The notes under the pieces: generated by a model | Databases searched by the model: none | What the model was told of the DNA's origin: nothing | What the model saw: the letters and a program-made list of their open reading frames with translations, nothing else | Source: Tubulanus polymorphus | Taxonomy: Eukaryota > Animalia > Nemertea | NCBI RefSeq assembly: GCF_964204645.1 | Contig: NC_134026.1 | Span: 27,686,150-27,750,149 of the forward strand | Length of the DNA: 64,000 nucleotides | Direction of reading: 5' to 3' | Position numbers and translations under genes: made by a program | In this document: positions 51,229 to 64,000 of the stretch, piece after piece | Layout: each line of letters begins with the position of its first letter | Numbering within the stretch: the stretch's first letter is position 1

Positions 51229-53168
51229 TCAGCTACTTAAATCGGTCATAGAACTAACATGAGTACCAGTAGCGCTCTTATCTGAACCAGCTCTTCCGCG
51301 ACTAAGAGAAATACGAATGTCACTCAAAGAAGATGACGTTAATTTATTTCGAGGTTGACGAGAGGCAATTTTCTGTTGTTTAAATGTCTCCATCATCTGT
51401 TTTCTTAGTTCCAAATTGGTCATCACTTGTGTTGCTGTTGTCGCCAAAACTTTCGCAACAGTCATACTTTTTTCTGGAAATGTATGTGATTTACGTCGGA
51501 TTAGAGAATGCATGTACAGCAAGCGAAAAGAAGTGAGAAATAATGAACATTTCATTTCAGTACCCACCATGAGCTTCTTGAGTTCCAGCCGCTACCTGAA
51601 ACTCTGTTGTGTTCCTGCTGGCATTTGTCAAGATATCAAATGCTGGACACAAACATGGAACTAAATGTGACACATTTCCCATATCACTCGATCCTGAATA
51701 ATTTACATTAGACTCAAATAATTCAATGATATGGTTCACTTATTTTTGAACGAATCATCTCAATTGATGAGTTAGTTTTAACTTACCACACTGGTAGATG
51801 AGAGAATCCAGATCATCCGTAAATTCCATACCAAACTCTAACCCAATACCAGCATATGCGTCTGCTAATATAGGATTGTGCCACAGAGAATAAACTGGTT
51901 TATCGCGGAAGTCATAATGTAATTCACAACCAGTTGCCTGAAAACATCCATCGTAACACGTGGTAAAAACATGAATCCATAAGTTATAAGTACATTGCCA
52001 ATATATGAACTGATTACCTTGGCAGCTGCATGGAAGCAGGCGGCAACTTTTTGCTGAAGTATAACTAATTCCTTTTCATCAGGTGCTCGTAAATAGAACT
52101 GAAGCTCAGCCAAATCTGGTATTATGTTAGCTTGAACCCCACCTTTGGAGATTATACCTGGAAATAGATTGAAGATTGTGCATCATTGCAGAAATCCTCT
52201 TCACCGGCTAAAACATTCTTATGATGGAATTCACGACTTACCATTTACTGTCCATGTAGGCTTCAATTGTTGTCTGAGAAGAGAAATATTAGTATAGCAG
52301 GCAACAGCAGCATCAAGTGCATTTTTTCCTTCCCAAGGAGACGCGGACGCGTGCGCACTTTTACCCTCATATCTGACTGTGACTATCAATAGAGATGAAT
52401 TCACTGGACACACTATATTCAAATGCATTGGTGTAGGTAACATACAGAATGTGATATCATCAAACACGCCAGCATTTATCATATCAATTTTTCCACTTCC
52501 CCCATCTTCTCCTGGTGTGCCCAGCACAGTTACCTGGAATAAGGAGATACAGAAAAATTATTTTAAGGAAATTTGTGATTTGGGTTTGGCCGGAGAATCT
52601 TAAGACAGTGCTTATATAACTGATCTTTTGGAGACACAATTGAATATGCTCCGATCTATGGAGTATAACTTACCTTGCCAGCAATACTGTACTTGTTCAT
52701 ATGCGCTTTCAAAGCAAGTGCAGCAGCTAGGCTAGCAACAGTACCAAGATTATGACCAGTTGCATGCCCTAATTCAGGTAGAGCATCATATTCACAGATC
52801 AAACACACCGAATTCTCACTACTGCTTGATTCATCATCTGATATTTTGAGATCATTAACATTGTGGATGGTTTTTCCAATACCAGCAGTACCGTTACTAT
52901 CAGTGATTTCATTCAGAACAATGCTTTCATCGTTATCTTTATCATTGTTAGCAATCAAAAGTTCAGCTTTAAAACCAGTAGGGCATACATAATGTTTCTC
53001 CACTGAAAAACCCTGATTTTCGAGAAATTCTGTTATGAGCTTATGAGCAAATATCTCCTTAAAACTTGTTTCTGGCTTCCCCCATAGACTGAGACTCAAA
53101 TCTCGAAGGATGTCAGCGTATTCGTCAATAACAGTAATCATTAACTCGCGATCAATCACACATTCCAT
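51229..53168 (-). CDS. PM20D2: Peptidase M20 domain-containing protein 2-like (M20D amidohydrolase fold), metal ligands degenerate
   Basis: Exons 53168-52674, 52533-52242, 52157-52018, 51937-51787, 51693-51568, 51473-51229 join in frame. Motifs [62 protein letters not shown]. Confidence 0.88.
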
Positions 53169-53169
53169 A

Positions 53170-53523
53170 ATGAAGACAACTTTGAAAAACTTTTTAGGGG
53201 TTGTGTATCAACGGTCCTGTATCAACCTCGATTACTTCCGGGTTTCCCGACCGGGGATAACCGGGATTCCCTGCCGGGTAGTTATTGAAAAAATACGACA
53301 TACTTTTATAGGTCAACTTGCGAATACTTTAATAATTCACATGTTCTACCATTTCTAGATCATAGATCTATAGTTTGAAGTGTAAATTATTTTGTTTTGA
53401 TTGAATATTGTGGGTATCAAAATCGTAGACTGTTATCGTATATTTCAATTACCCGATTCAGGCGCTGGCTGTCATGGCTGCTCAAACAAGACATAGCAGC
53501 GGGAAAGTGTACAGTTGTTGAGG
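53170..53523. promoter_or_regulatory. Bidirectional promoter PM20D2-like(-)/DNAJC14(+)
   Basis: Short divergent interval containing ETS-type ACTTCCGG and four CCGGG copies at about 53234-53279; DNAJC14 first-exon donors near 53523 or 53646. Confidence 0.55.
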
Positions 53524-54136
53524 TAATTACTGTACATGACATGTTATTTTCGAAGAAGTGTGAATTACTAAGAACCTGTGGCTATTGCTTGAAATGTTTC
53601 TGGGGAATAGATTAATTGTTTATGCTCTGAATGTTACAAAATAAGGTACCCAAAAAAAAATCAAGAAACTTTTTTTGTCTTCTCACTCATCCCTGTGACT
53701 ACTGTGAGTGTGAGTGGTGAGTGTGCTGTCGTGTAGTAGGGCCTTCCAGTTCCAGGAATCTCTCTCGTCGTGAGTCTCCACTGATTCAAGAAGACAGACC
53801 TGTTATTTCATGTATTGAATTTCATATTCATTTGGTCTAGTTAAAGTGAATCATATTTTATCCGTAAGAGGATACGAATTGTATTTAGGGACTAAAGCAG
53901 TTTTTAGCCCATTCCACTGTGTGGTGCTAGAGTGTTATTAAAGAATTGTGTTATGGTTAGGTTGGGTACATAGTCATCAGGTACACCTGAACTGCAGTTG
54001 TTCCAGGCCACCTTATCATTCCATTTTTATGTCATATAGGTTATTGTAGTGTTGTACTAATCGGTTATCATTGTTGACAATGCTTCAGGCTTACCTTTGC
54101 TAATGGCCTTCTGATATTTATTTTCCAGACAAAAAG

Positions 54137-57100
54137 ATGGATGACAAAAGTTTGGAGGGTGAACTGCCACCATTGTATGACAGCAGAGCCCTTGAACAAC
54201 TTTTACGGGGAATGAACTCGGCAAATTTTGATTTTGTTAGCAATCCAAACAACTTCTTGCAGCAAGGTTTATGCCCAAATGGCAATATTCAAAATCTCGA
54301 TGGATTCCAGCAATGGTCGAATGGTTTTTCTCACTACCCGAAGGAGGATGACCCATTGAGCTTGTCTTGGCAGAATTTGTCACATTTGAGAAATGCTGAA
54401 TCAGATTTTAGTCAACCTCAAAGTGGCCATACATCTCCTACCTTTTCAAGCGGTGAAACTTCACCAACGTATGTGCAACATAACAGATATCCAGTATATG
54501 AAGGTCTCATGGGTAACTTTAACTTCTCTCAGCCCGACCTCAACACAAATACAGAACCTGTAGGTTTACAACATCAAAGATTATTCGGCGATAAACTGGA
54601 TAGTTTTGGTGGCAATTTGAATTTTGGTTCTTTGAGTCAGGATCAGCCAAAGTTTCAGCAACCAGATCACAATAGAATGCAAACTTGGACAAATAGCATG
54701 CCTGAATATCATCCTTTTCAGTCTTCGACTGTATTGCACGATCAGAAAGATTTGCCACCAGTAGATATCGGCACGCATCAAGAAACGAAACCCAAACGTA
54801 GCTATTCTGACGTGGCAAAGAAACAACCGGAGACCACAGCTAATATCGCACGCACTAAATTCAAAGAGAAGCGCAGCAGCAGTTTACCTGAAGAGCTGAA
54901 AGCGCCGACACCACCACCTGTGTTCAAACAACGCAAGAAAACTAACAAACCACGAGGGGCAAAGAAAATGCAGCAGCACCAACAGCCTGTAGAAATCCTT
55001 GGAAGCAATGTTGAACCAGATGCCAAATATGGGCTTGATACTTTCGATGATCCTATTCAGAATGAAGTGAAGAATGTTGATAAATCGAGTGGTATTGATG
55101 ACGTGGATGAAATACCAGCTAATGTATTTACAAAAATGAAATCTGCGAAACTGCCATCTGAGAACTACCACCCATCTCGGGATGCTCCAGCTGATCTGTC
55201 GCACGGCAAAGCTAAGAAATCAGCTGAGAAACAAGGTCCTTTCTTTGATCCAAAGCGTATTTTTCAATCAAAGCCCAACAACAACACTGCCAACTGTAGT
55301 AGCTCATCAAAATCGAAGGTTCACTCTAACATCGAAGCGGACTGCAACGGTGGAAGTAAAGCATCTGGTGACATTGATGAATATGCTTTCGTTCTCAACA
55401 ATGGTAAATGTTGTCCAACTTTCACAAATACGGCTGCTGCTACCAAAGCGACTACTTACATCAATAATGATCTCCGTGACCGATCAGAACCGAGAAAACA
55501 AACAAACACCGATGTAAAGCAAAACCATGCAAACCGTTCACAGTCATGTTCCGAGACACGGACTTCGAAGAGTAGCAAAGGTTCGAAAGACGTCTACATG
55601 AATGGTGCTGCTGACCAATCTTCTCGAGCTCAACGCAAGACCAACAAAAAGAAAAGCCGTCATGCCCAAGTATTTGGTAAGTTTATTTTTGTGTTAAAAT
55701 GAGTACTAAAGCAATATAATCAATTGAATTTGATGAACCTTTGATATTCGAATTAGATTTATTGATCTATCTATTTATGTAACGTAGATATGATAGACGT
55801 ATAAAATACCTAGCAGATGTTGTCATGTATATTGATTAAATCTAGGACTATCCACTTTCGCTTTGAATTCTAGGGATATCCACTTTCTGTTTTAATGCTA
55901 GGTTTATCCACTCTTTCAATACTTGGTTGGTTTTTCCAACTCTCATTTCCAAGAATTGGTTGGTTTTTCCACCTCTCATTTCCATGAATTTTAAGATATT
56001 TTCTTAATTATTAGTGTTATTTTAAGTTAGTCTTAGAACAGAAATTCATTATCTTCACATTTATTAATATTTTTCCAGGACAAATCTGTGGAATTGCCTA
56101 TCAATGGTGTTATTGGTTCCTTGTTGAGGTGCTGTTAGCTCTTATCATCCTCGTGGCTATGGTCTCATACCGGTTGCTGATTATTTTGTAAGTACTAATT
56201 AGTGCTTTTCTCTCGATATTTTCATAGCGCTCTAATCTACTCTGATTTGAGGTCTATGATTTTTTTGTTGTTTTTGGTAGATCAATAATACAGTAGAACT
56301 TTCTGTATTTCTGAATAATTGTAATAAAAACCATTGTGTTATTTTTACTACGGTATTTTGAATAAACGCTGTAGCATTGGAGACGGATAAAAATCAATAC
56401 AATAATTCATCATTTTATATGTATGCAGTATCATCGCGCATGCAGGTATTATATAGATATGCCATGATAGCACCTGATGGGTTGCTTTTTAACTTAGGGA
56501 TCTTAATGTTCATTAGGTAGAGTTGTGTAAGTAGTATTACAGAAGGATGGAGGTATCTGTGCAATGTACGATACCTTCCGATGTATAATGAGTTATATTA
56601 GTTTTATATTGGATTAATTGAAATGCAGTATTTTTCGATAGGCATAGTTGACAAATGTGTTTAGTCATCTTTTTTGTGCATTGCATCACATTCAGAACAT
56701 TGAATTTTACTTTCAGGATCATGAAAATATATCAATATATTGTTCTCGCTATCACCAAGACTTATACATGTATTAAAAGCCGTGTACAGTCCTGGTGTTG
56801 TGGTGCTAATCGACGGAAAAAAGCCTGGTCGGCTAATGATAGTCAATATCAGTCCTATGGGCTTGATGAAAACATAGTTTTACCCACTACAGGTATCAAT
56901 CTTTCAGCATAGTGTCTGTATGTGTTTTTATTTCAAATCAATAAACATACATGTGAAATATCGTTTCTCTAGGAGAAGAAGCTATGAAGCGGTTGTTGGC
57001 TGGTAAAGGAAAAGACCCATATAGGTAAATAATTATGTTTAACCGAGCTTAAGAAAGATCCAGTTCAATATATCAAATTAACTTAGTCTATGCTGGTATT

Positions 57101-59243
57101 TATTGTATATACAGTATATTAGGACTGAAGAATAGTTGCACAGATGATGATATAAAACGTTATTACCGAAAACAAGCTATACTCGTTCATCCAGATAAGG
57201 TAAAATTTCTCTAATCAAACTGTCATTTATTCTACTGATTTACTCTTCGAAACTCAACAGTAAATCATATCTTTCATTTCAGAATTCTCAACCTGGTGCT
57301 GAAGAGGCGTTTAAGATTTTAGGCCATGCTATTGAAATAATTGGAAAACCTGTACGTGATAATGTGGTGATATTTCAATTGATGGCATTTTTCTTTGTAA
57401 AATGAATTTTGCTGATATAAGTTGATTCATTCTTCTTTCAGGAAAAACGTGCCCTTTATGACCAACAATTCCATGAAAACAAGGCTGCTGAAGAGGCTAT
57501 GGTATGGCTTGTTGAAATTCTTAACTCATAATATTCTCAAAACGAAATTTATCTTATGATACCAACCCATATCATCATCATCAACATTCAGTGTGTTTCT
57601 TCATTTTACAGAAAGAATTCTCGGACATGCTTACAAAACTAAGGGAAAAGGTTCAAGAGGTAACTTTAAGAATGAATCTAATAGAATTTTGTTTGAACTA
57701 AAAAGAAATTGTTAAAATACTCATTCAGATGATGATAAATCGTTATTTGTCTCAACTAGGCTGCATATCTTATGCGTTGTGACCAGTGTGGTGGTAAACA
57801 CCATCGCATACCTGTAGACCGACCCTGGTACAGTGCCAGACACTGTGAAAAATGCAACACTAGACACTCTGCCAAAGAAGTAAGTTCTGCAAGATTACAA
57901 CCAAAATGTTAATAATGATAATAATAATGCTGATAATGATAATGAGTTATATTTCGATGATATATCCAGTTCTTTGTATTTTCAAATTTTTCATTTTTAG
58001 GGTGATTTATGGGCTGAGAGCACATTCCTGGGCTTTCTCTGGTACTACTATGCATGTATGGATGGGAAAATCTTTGATATAACCGAGTGGGCTTCCTGTC
58101 AGGTAAGACACAAATGATGCTACACTGAACGAATAAATGTTAAGAGGAGGATTAATTATTGGAATAAGTCTTACTGTGAGCGGTTGGGCGATTGGTTAGA
58201 GCATTCAACTCTGGCAAGTCAGGTTGTGGGTTCGAACCCCATATATTACCATAGCATCTTGGACAAGACACTAATCCTCTCTCACCCAGGAGTAAATGGG
58301 TACCTGGTCTGATAGATGATTCCTGAGTGCCCAGCAGCTGCTCGGGTGTTACTTCTCCCCAGGGAGAGAATAAAGTGGTTAGAGTTATAGGCTTGGGGAA
58401 ATAACCAATTTAATAGAAAGCGTTGTGAACATTGTATCACAGTGAAAAAAGGCACTATAGAAATAAGATTACTATAGTATAGTAATCTAATAGGTATAAT
58501 ACCATTACTATTACTGTTATTCTAGCAAGAAAATTTCCGTCATATGCAAGCAAATGCCCACTATGTGATGTATCGGATAGCCACTAACAGTAACCGTAAT
58601 AACCACCATCAACATGGACGATCCTCCGGGTAAGCACAACTTTAATCGCTAAGTCCTTAGAACCTAGTTGAAAATCTGCTGCCTTTTGCATTTCTTGGTG
58701 TTGTAAACATTCAGTCATCTTTCTCATCTCAGTCATAAGAAACATTTATTTTTTGCATATTCTTCATTTGCAATTTTCAAACAACAATCTACTCTCTGTC
58801 AGTTTGAATGAAAATTAAACTCAAAATGAAGGATTTGTCGACATTTTTGTGCATGCTGCTGTAAACTTTTTAAATCATGTAGCTCGAACCTCTAATTATC
58901 ATCTACCAATTTGTCTGATCACCAGTCATCAAAAGTTTCAGTTTTATTTCATTGCATATTCATTTCTGGTGAAGGGCTTATCAATGTTGTCTGATTAGTT
59001 TCGTGTTTGATTGAAGGAGATTCGAGTTCCAACAGCATGTCACATATTACCTTTTTCAGTGAAAATGATCTGGAGGATTTTCTTAATAATTTGATCCACA
59101 GGACTATGCAAAGCGACCACCAAGAAAGCCATAAACCTTACCCCGGCCCACCTGGATCACAGTCGACTAACCGCCCCGCTTGGAACCCAGGACCAGCCTC
59201 CGCTGGTAAAACGGGCAAGAAACGTCGCAAGAAGAAACACTAA
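54137..59243 (+). CDS. DNAJC14: DnaJ homolog subfamily C member 14 (Jiv/DRiP78)
   Basis: Exons 54137-55676, 56079-56187, 56717-56892, 56973-57024, 57115-57199, 57283-57351, 57442-57501, 57612-57659, 57760-57879, 58001-58102, 58526-58629, 59060-59243. TM region, [14 protein letters not shown]-domain [12 protein letters not shown], Jiv90 CDQC...ARHCEKC...EGDLWAE...DITEWASCQ, basic C-terminus. Confidence 0.95.
55842..55990. repeat. Degenerate short tandem repeats in DNAJC14 intron
   Basis: Three ~28-bp TAGG..TATCCACT units followed by two TTGGTTGGTTTTTCCA.CTCTCATTTCCA units. Confidence 0.7.
58178..58480 (+). mobile_element. tRNA-derived SINE with conserved central domain and L2-like tail
   Basis: A-box-like TGGGCGATTGG, B box GGTTCGAACCC, central CTTGGACAAGACACT...CACCCAGGAGTAAATGGGTACC, tail AAAGCGTTGTGA...AAAGGCACTATAGAAAT followed by TTA-like repeats. 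Confidence 0.8.
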
Positions 59244-62200
59244 ATCGAGGATTCGACTTCAGACTTGGAAAATTCTTGATGGTGACTTGTCATTGTGCTC
59301 AACTTTTGCTAAGATTGTCAACATTTTAGACATGGATTGTTTGTACGTTAGATGAAAATATACCTGCCATTTATCAAATCAAGTACCTATATAGTTTTCT
59401 GTTATAATGTTTATTGAGATGATACATGTTTGTATATACAATGAATATTGATCAGCACACAATTACTGCAGTGGATAATTGATGGAACATCAATATCTGA
59501 TTCAGTATTTTAGTATGTTATAGAATTCCCTACTTCTCTACAAGTTAGTTTTTAGTGTTAAAGAAAACTTGAAATATTAAATGCATAAGGATTAAAAAGA
59601 TTAATCGTGGAAAATGTAGATTTAATTTCATAGTATTCTTTCAATTCAATTGAGGTTGTGTAACTTTGTTTAGTCCTACGATGCCCTTGCTGAAAAAAGT
59701 ATTCTTTAACTAAAACATGCATTTAGAAAGATTGTATAGAGTAAGTTACAAATGGTGTGGTGCAAAATGTGGAACAACTTTGATTTGAAAGAATTATGTA
59801 TGTTGCTCAATCGACAGCCTAGAAGGGTCCATGGGAATAGCCAGTATTATTAGAATTGTAACCTTTTTTCCATCTAAATTCTCGTTTTTGGGTTGTGAAT
59901 GCCAAATAAAATATGACATACAGTGTACTTACCTTAATTGAAATTTTTCTGCTATTCTTAAGGATATCAGTATGATGAAATGGATACCGGTAACTAGTTT
60001 TATCTAAACCGGTTGTTGGGTTTTCTAAAAACTCTAAATCTTAAAGAGCAAATGAGGAAAGTCTACCTCATGAATATTTCCCTTTTTAGTTGTTTCATAA
60101 GAAATGTAATAATGTATTGATAACGTGATTATAGAAAGGCATATCATAGCTTATTTGTCTTGTGAAGTATTGCTTGCACTTGTAAATTTAATACTGTTTA
60201 AACAGTTTGGTGGAAGTATGCTTGTTATTTTAAAAACAACTGCTATGTACTACTATGAGAGTGCTTTCCCTTCTTCATATCACGTGCAACTACATGTATT
60301 CAATAAATGAAAATGATGCTTTCCTGGGATTAATGTTTATGTATTAAAAGTGAATCACGGTATTCACTGCACTTTCTATTCCTCGAGCGCATTGAACTTC
60401 GCACTGGCTGAGGAAGGGTCGAAAGATATTTTCATTTCAACAAAATACTTTGAGTACTTTAAGTACATAATGAGTACTTTGTAATGGTATTTCCATTCAC
60501 TCAAAATGCTTGTTATAATCAAGTGCTTGACAGGTATATATATATATATAAATATGGATGAGTTGGAATAAGACATGTCACTGCCCCAATATCTAGTTCA
60601 ACTTGTCTCTAAAGATTACACCATTTCTACTAAACATCCACATGTCCAGGAAGTGGAAAATATCTCGTATATCACCTTATTGGGTCATTAAAATGAAAAT
60701 ATTAACCTAATATAGATAACTTTCATGGATCTTTCATTTTGATATCTTCAATCACAGTGCATATTTGCAGCTGATGGTTACTTCAGGGATTTACTCACAT
60801 TTGTCCCTTATAGTTGATGCATTTATCTTGTGATATTGTGATAGCTCTAAATTCCCACCATGGGTGCAGGGGATATTGTGTGTATTAAAATGTGTTTTGT
60901 TCATCAGAGTCGGTTTTGTGGGTTTACCAGTAATTAAACTGAATATTTACGGTAACTGTTCTTTGACTTTAAGTGCCGATTCAGTGCCGGGTTATGTTTC
61001 TGTAAGTGCCATCCTTTGAAGTATATTGTCAATAGGCCATATTATTTGAAGTTCAACATTCTAATGTATTGAGCCATATTATTATTGGCTGGAGAAATGT
61101 GTCTTCACTTCGAAATGAAGCCAACACAAATTTTCACTGACCGCTAGATTTAGTTCATTGATATCATAATTGGAAGTGAATTGTTTATGTACTGGCTTAG
61201 TTGGAATAAGTGTCTGTAAATGTCCTTCAAATCGATCATTGAACCAACAAACACTTACCTGTGTACTTATCAGGTATTATTATTGACCATATGTGAGTCT
61301 TTTCCATTTGATCATATAGATCAAATTTCTTGAGAATAACCGATTCTATCAGCTAATCTTCCCGTAAGGAACATGGATTTTTCATGGTCACATTTGACTT
61401 GTTTATGAAAAAAAGCTAAATTGACAGAAGACGAAAAGCTGTTTACCTGTTGTTGCTATTTCTGAAGCTTGCATCTCGCGATGAAGGCTAAATCATGTAG
61501 ACACCAGATACTGGTATGTTATTTTACTGGGTTTTCTTTTAAGGTGACTAAAATCTGGGTTTTGACTAATTAATTATCAATTAATTGAGGATCGCTTTCA
61601 TGAATTGATTTTGTGGTATAGCTGAAGTTTGACTGATTACAATTATCTGTTTCGATTTAGCATAGTATATATAGACTTTTCTTTTTATGAAGCATATAGA
61701 GTTTGGGGCGTTCTGTTTTCATGCGTAATTAGCCAGGAAATTTCATCATAACATTTTGTGTTACAAACTTCCAAAGAATAATGATAATAAAATACAAAAT
61801 ACTTATTTTGACAAATACATCAGTTTCGTAATTCTTCTGTCTTATGCCAATGTCCTCTATTCGATCCGAGCTGGTTACTGAAAATCAAGCAAGTGTTTTT
61901 TTTGCGAGAATTTACACAGACCTTCCACATGTTAAACAACAATGAAATCCATTTAAGTATAACATTAACAGTTTTATTATACATGGCATAATACATACAT
62001 AGTCATTAGGTCGTTAATATTATGGCACATTGAGACCATAAACTTTGATTAAAGACGTGAAACAAAAGGGATAAAACAAAATTAAGACTAGTCTGGCAGG
62101 GAAACCTACACTGTAAAATATAATACATACTACATACATGTATGAGCTATTAAAATGTTTTTATACTGCAACTGGAAAGAGATTCAAGATAAAGAGAGTT

Positions 62201-62748
62201 TTTTTTGGAAGGTCTTCTAAATCTCTTCAAAATTGGCACTAGAAAACTCATCACCGTCATTTAGTATATTTGTTTAATACCCGGTATTCAACTTCTATAC
62301 AAACAATATTTACATTATTTACATATTTCCTTTTTAGAACATGAATGTTAAGGCCTACTATAGAGTACAACCATGTTACATACAATATAAATCATACACT
62401 AATATACCTGGTATATCAATTTTAAACCTGCTTATCAATTCCAAGGTAACTCCATGAACGTGTCATGGAACGTCTGCAATATCTATCAAATTTTTAAATC
62501 ATTCTTATGATTATTCAATCTTGCAAATAAAACAAATTTTAAGACATTATTTTATGACTACGCAAAAAAGAAAATATAGACCATGGCTATAAATGCATGT
62601 CCTTACTTAAAACTAAATTTGTAGCAACTAATGAATGAAGATGTTAACAACACAACACAACTACATGCTGGGGTAAAAAAATGTATGAAATTCAACCGAA
62701 TGAAAATGGTCATAAAGCTCCTTGTAATGTCAGGTCATCTAAAGCTTT

Positions 62749-64000
62749 TCACAAGTGATATTTTAAAAATTCTTTAAGTCTCATTGGCAAATGAATATGA
62801 TCAACACTTGGTGTAGGTAGAATACGTCGAACAGCCATACGACATAAATGCTGCAAACTTTCAACTTCCATAGGTGCTGCCCAGAAAGAAACTGCACCAT
62901 TACGAGTACTGAAATGGAGGTTATCAGTAGAGTTATAAGTGTTAATTTTGGCTGTTAGAAGATATAATTTCACAATCAGCATTCCTAAAACGTTATCAAA
63001 AGCCCAACAATCACGTTACATTAACCCAGACTATCTAAAGGTCATATAATTGACTAGTTTTTATTTCTTGGTACAGATAAACTTTTTTTGAATGCTTATA
63101 GGTAATAACAAAAAAACATTTAACGATACATACCCAACAGCTAACACAGTACCATCTGGAGAATATGAACAGCATAAAGCATCTGGCACTACAGTTATTT
63201 GTTCAGGAGGACCCTCACCATCTAGAATTCTCCAGAAACGCACATATCTGAAAATTGATATATTCAGTTTAACAGAAACTGACCGAAGTTACGAATAATT
63301 TAACAATTTTCAAACTAAATCTGAATCTTACCGATCATCAGCAACTGAGGCGACATGCATGCCATCGTGTGAGAATGAGACACTACGCACGTATGTATCA
63401 TTAGCACCACCAGCAAATATAAATGTTGGGGGAGGGAATAAATGTCTGAAAATATGCAAGTAATATTCAAGTATAGATACTGTCTGTAAGTCGAAATGCA
63501 GTTGAAATCCATTTCTTTCTGGTTTAGACGCCGATCAAACTGCCATTATTGATATTAGCTTTAAAACAGCACGAATGGGAGTAATTTGTATTGGAGTATA
63601 TATATATATATATATACATATACCTTAATTCCTGAATCTTTTCACCGGTATGAGCATCCCAGATCAGAACTCTCGTATCGTATGAAGCAGTTACGAGTAG
63701 AGCGCCATCTGGTGAAAAATCACAGCTCACAACATCGTGGTAATGTCCTTCTAATTTGTGGATACATTTATAGGTTTTCATGTCCCAAACAATCACCTAA
63801 TAATAGTGATGAGATCATGTTTATAATAACGACCTATGAAAAGCTACCCATGGATTTGCCATACCACAAAAATTAAAAAGCTTACCGATTTCTGGTTTCC
63901 AACACAAGCTAAACGCTTGGCATCGGGTGACCATACACAGGAGTAGACCCATTTAGCATTGCCTCGTAAAGTTTTCTTCATATTGCCATCATCTACAATA
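62749..64000 (-). CDS. WSB1: WD repeat and SOCS box protein (WSB1/2 ortholog); 3' part only
   Basis: Exons >64000-63886, 63796-63624, 63444-63332, 63247-63134, 62908-62749. WD40 LEGHYHDVVSCDFSPDGALLVTASYDTRV, HLFPPPTFIFAGGAND, SOCS box SLQHLCRMAVRR...LPMRLKEFLKY. Confidence 0.93.

Noticed and set aside
58178-58250. Functional tRNA gene
   Set aside because: It is the head of a SINE; the cloverleaf is incomplete.
1-64000. CRISPR arrays, prokaryotic operons, selenoprotein UGA/SECIS, U12 introns, known microRNAs
   Set aside because: The sequence is spliceosomal eukaryotic DNA. All reconstructed introns are ordinary GT-AG, no in-frame TGA was needed in any gene model, and no regular repeat-spacer array or recognisable mature miRNA was seen by eye.

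Overview
AT-rich, intron-containing animal genomic DNA, most consistent with an invertebrate bilaterian with many short (about 70-100 nt) GT-AG introns. It is not prokaryotic: no CRISPR, rRNA or intact tRNA was seen. Nine spliced protein-coding genes were reconstructed by hand: Myt1/ST18-family CCHHC zinc-finger factor (-, runs off the left edge, large intron-rich 5' region), YIL108W-like HExxH zinc metallopeptidase (-), AKAP1/spoonbill (-), SPICE1 (+), a MARCH RING-CH E3 ligase (-), a BTB/AT-hook/C2H2 ZBTB gene (+), a PM20D2-like M20D protein (-), DNAJC14 (+) and WSB1/2 (-, runs off the right edge). From AKAP1 onward the genes alternate strand, forming three divergent promoter pairs and close convergent 3' ends. 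Most notable: (1) the PM20D2-like protein has lost most M20D metal ligands despite an intact gene, a probable pseudo-enzyme; (2) a 454-bp element with ~41-bp TIRs and a perfect 9-bp TSD carries both telomere-like repeats and a tRNA-derived A/B box; (3) the Myt1 reading frame depends on coupled splice choices, including a candidate 22-nt microexon; (4) RFX X-boxes, CTCF-like sites and a CDE/CHR element lie in plausible positions. All homology calls come from recalled motifs, not database searches.
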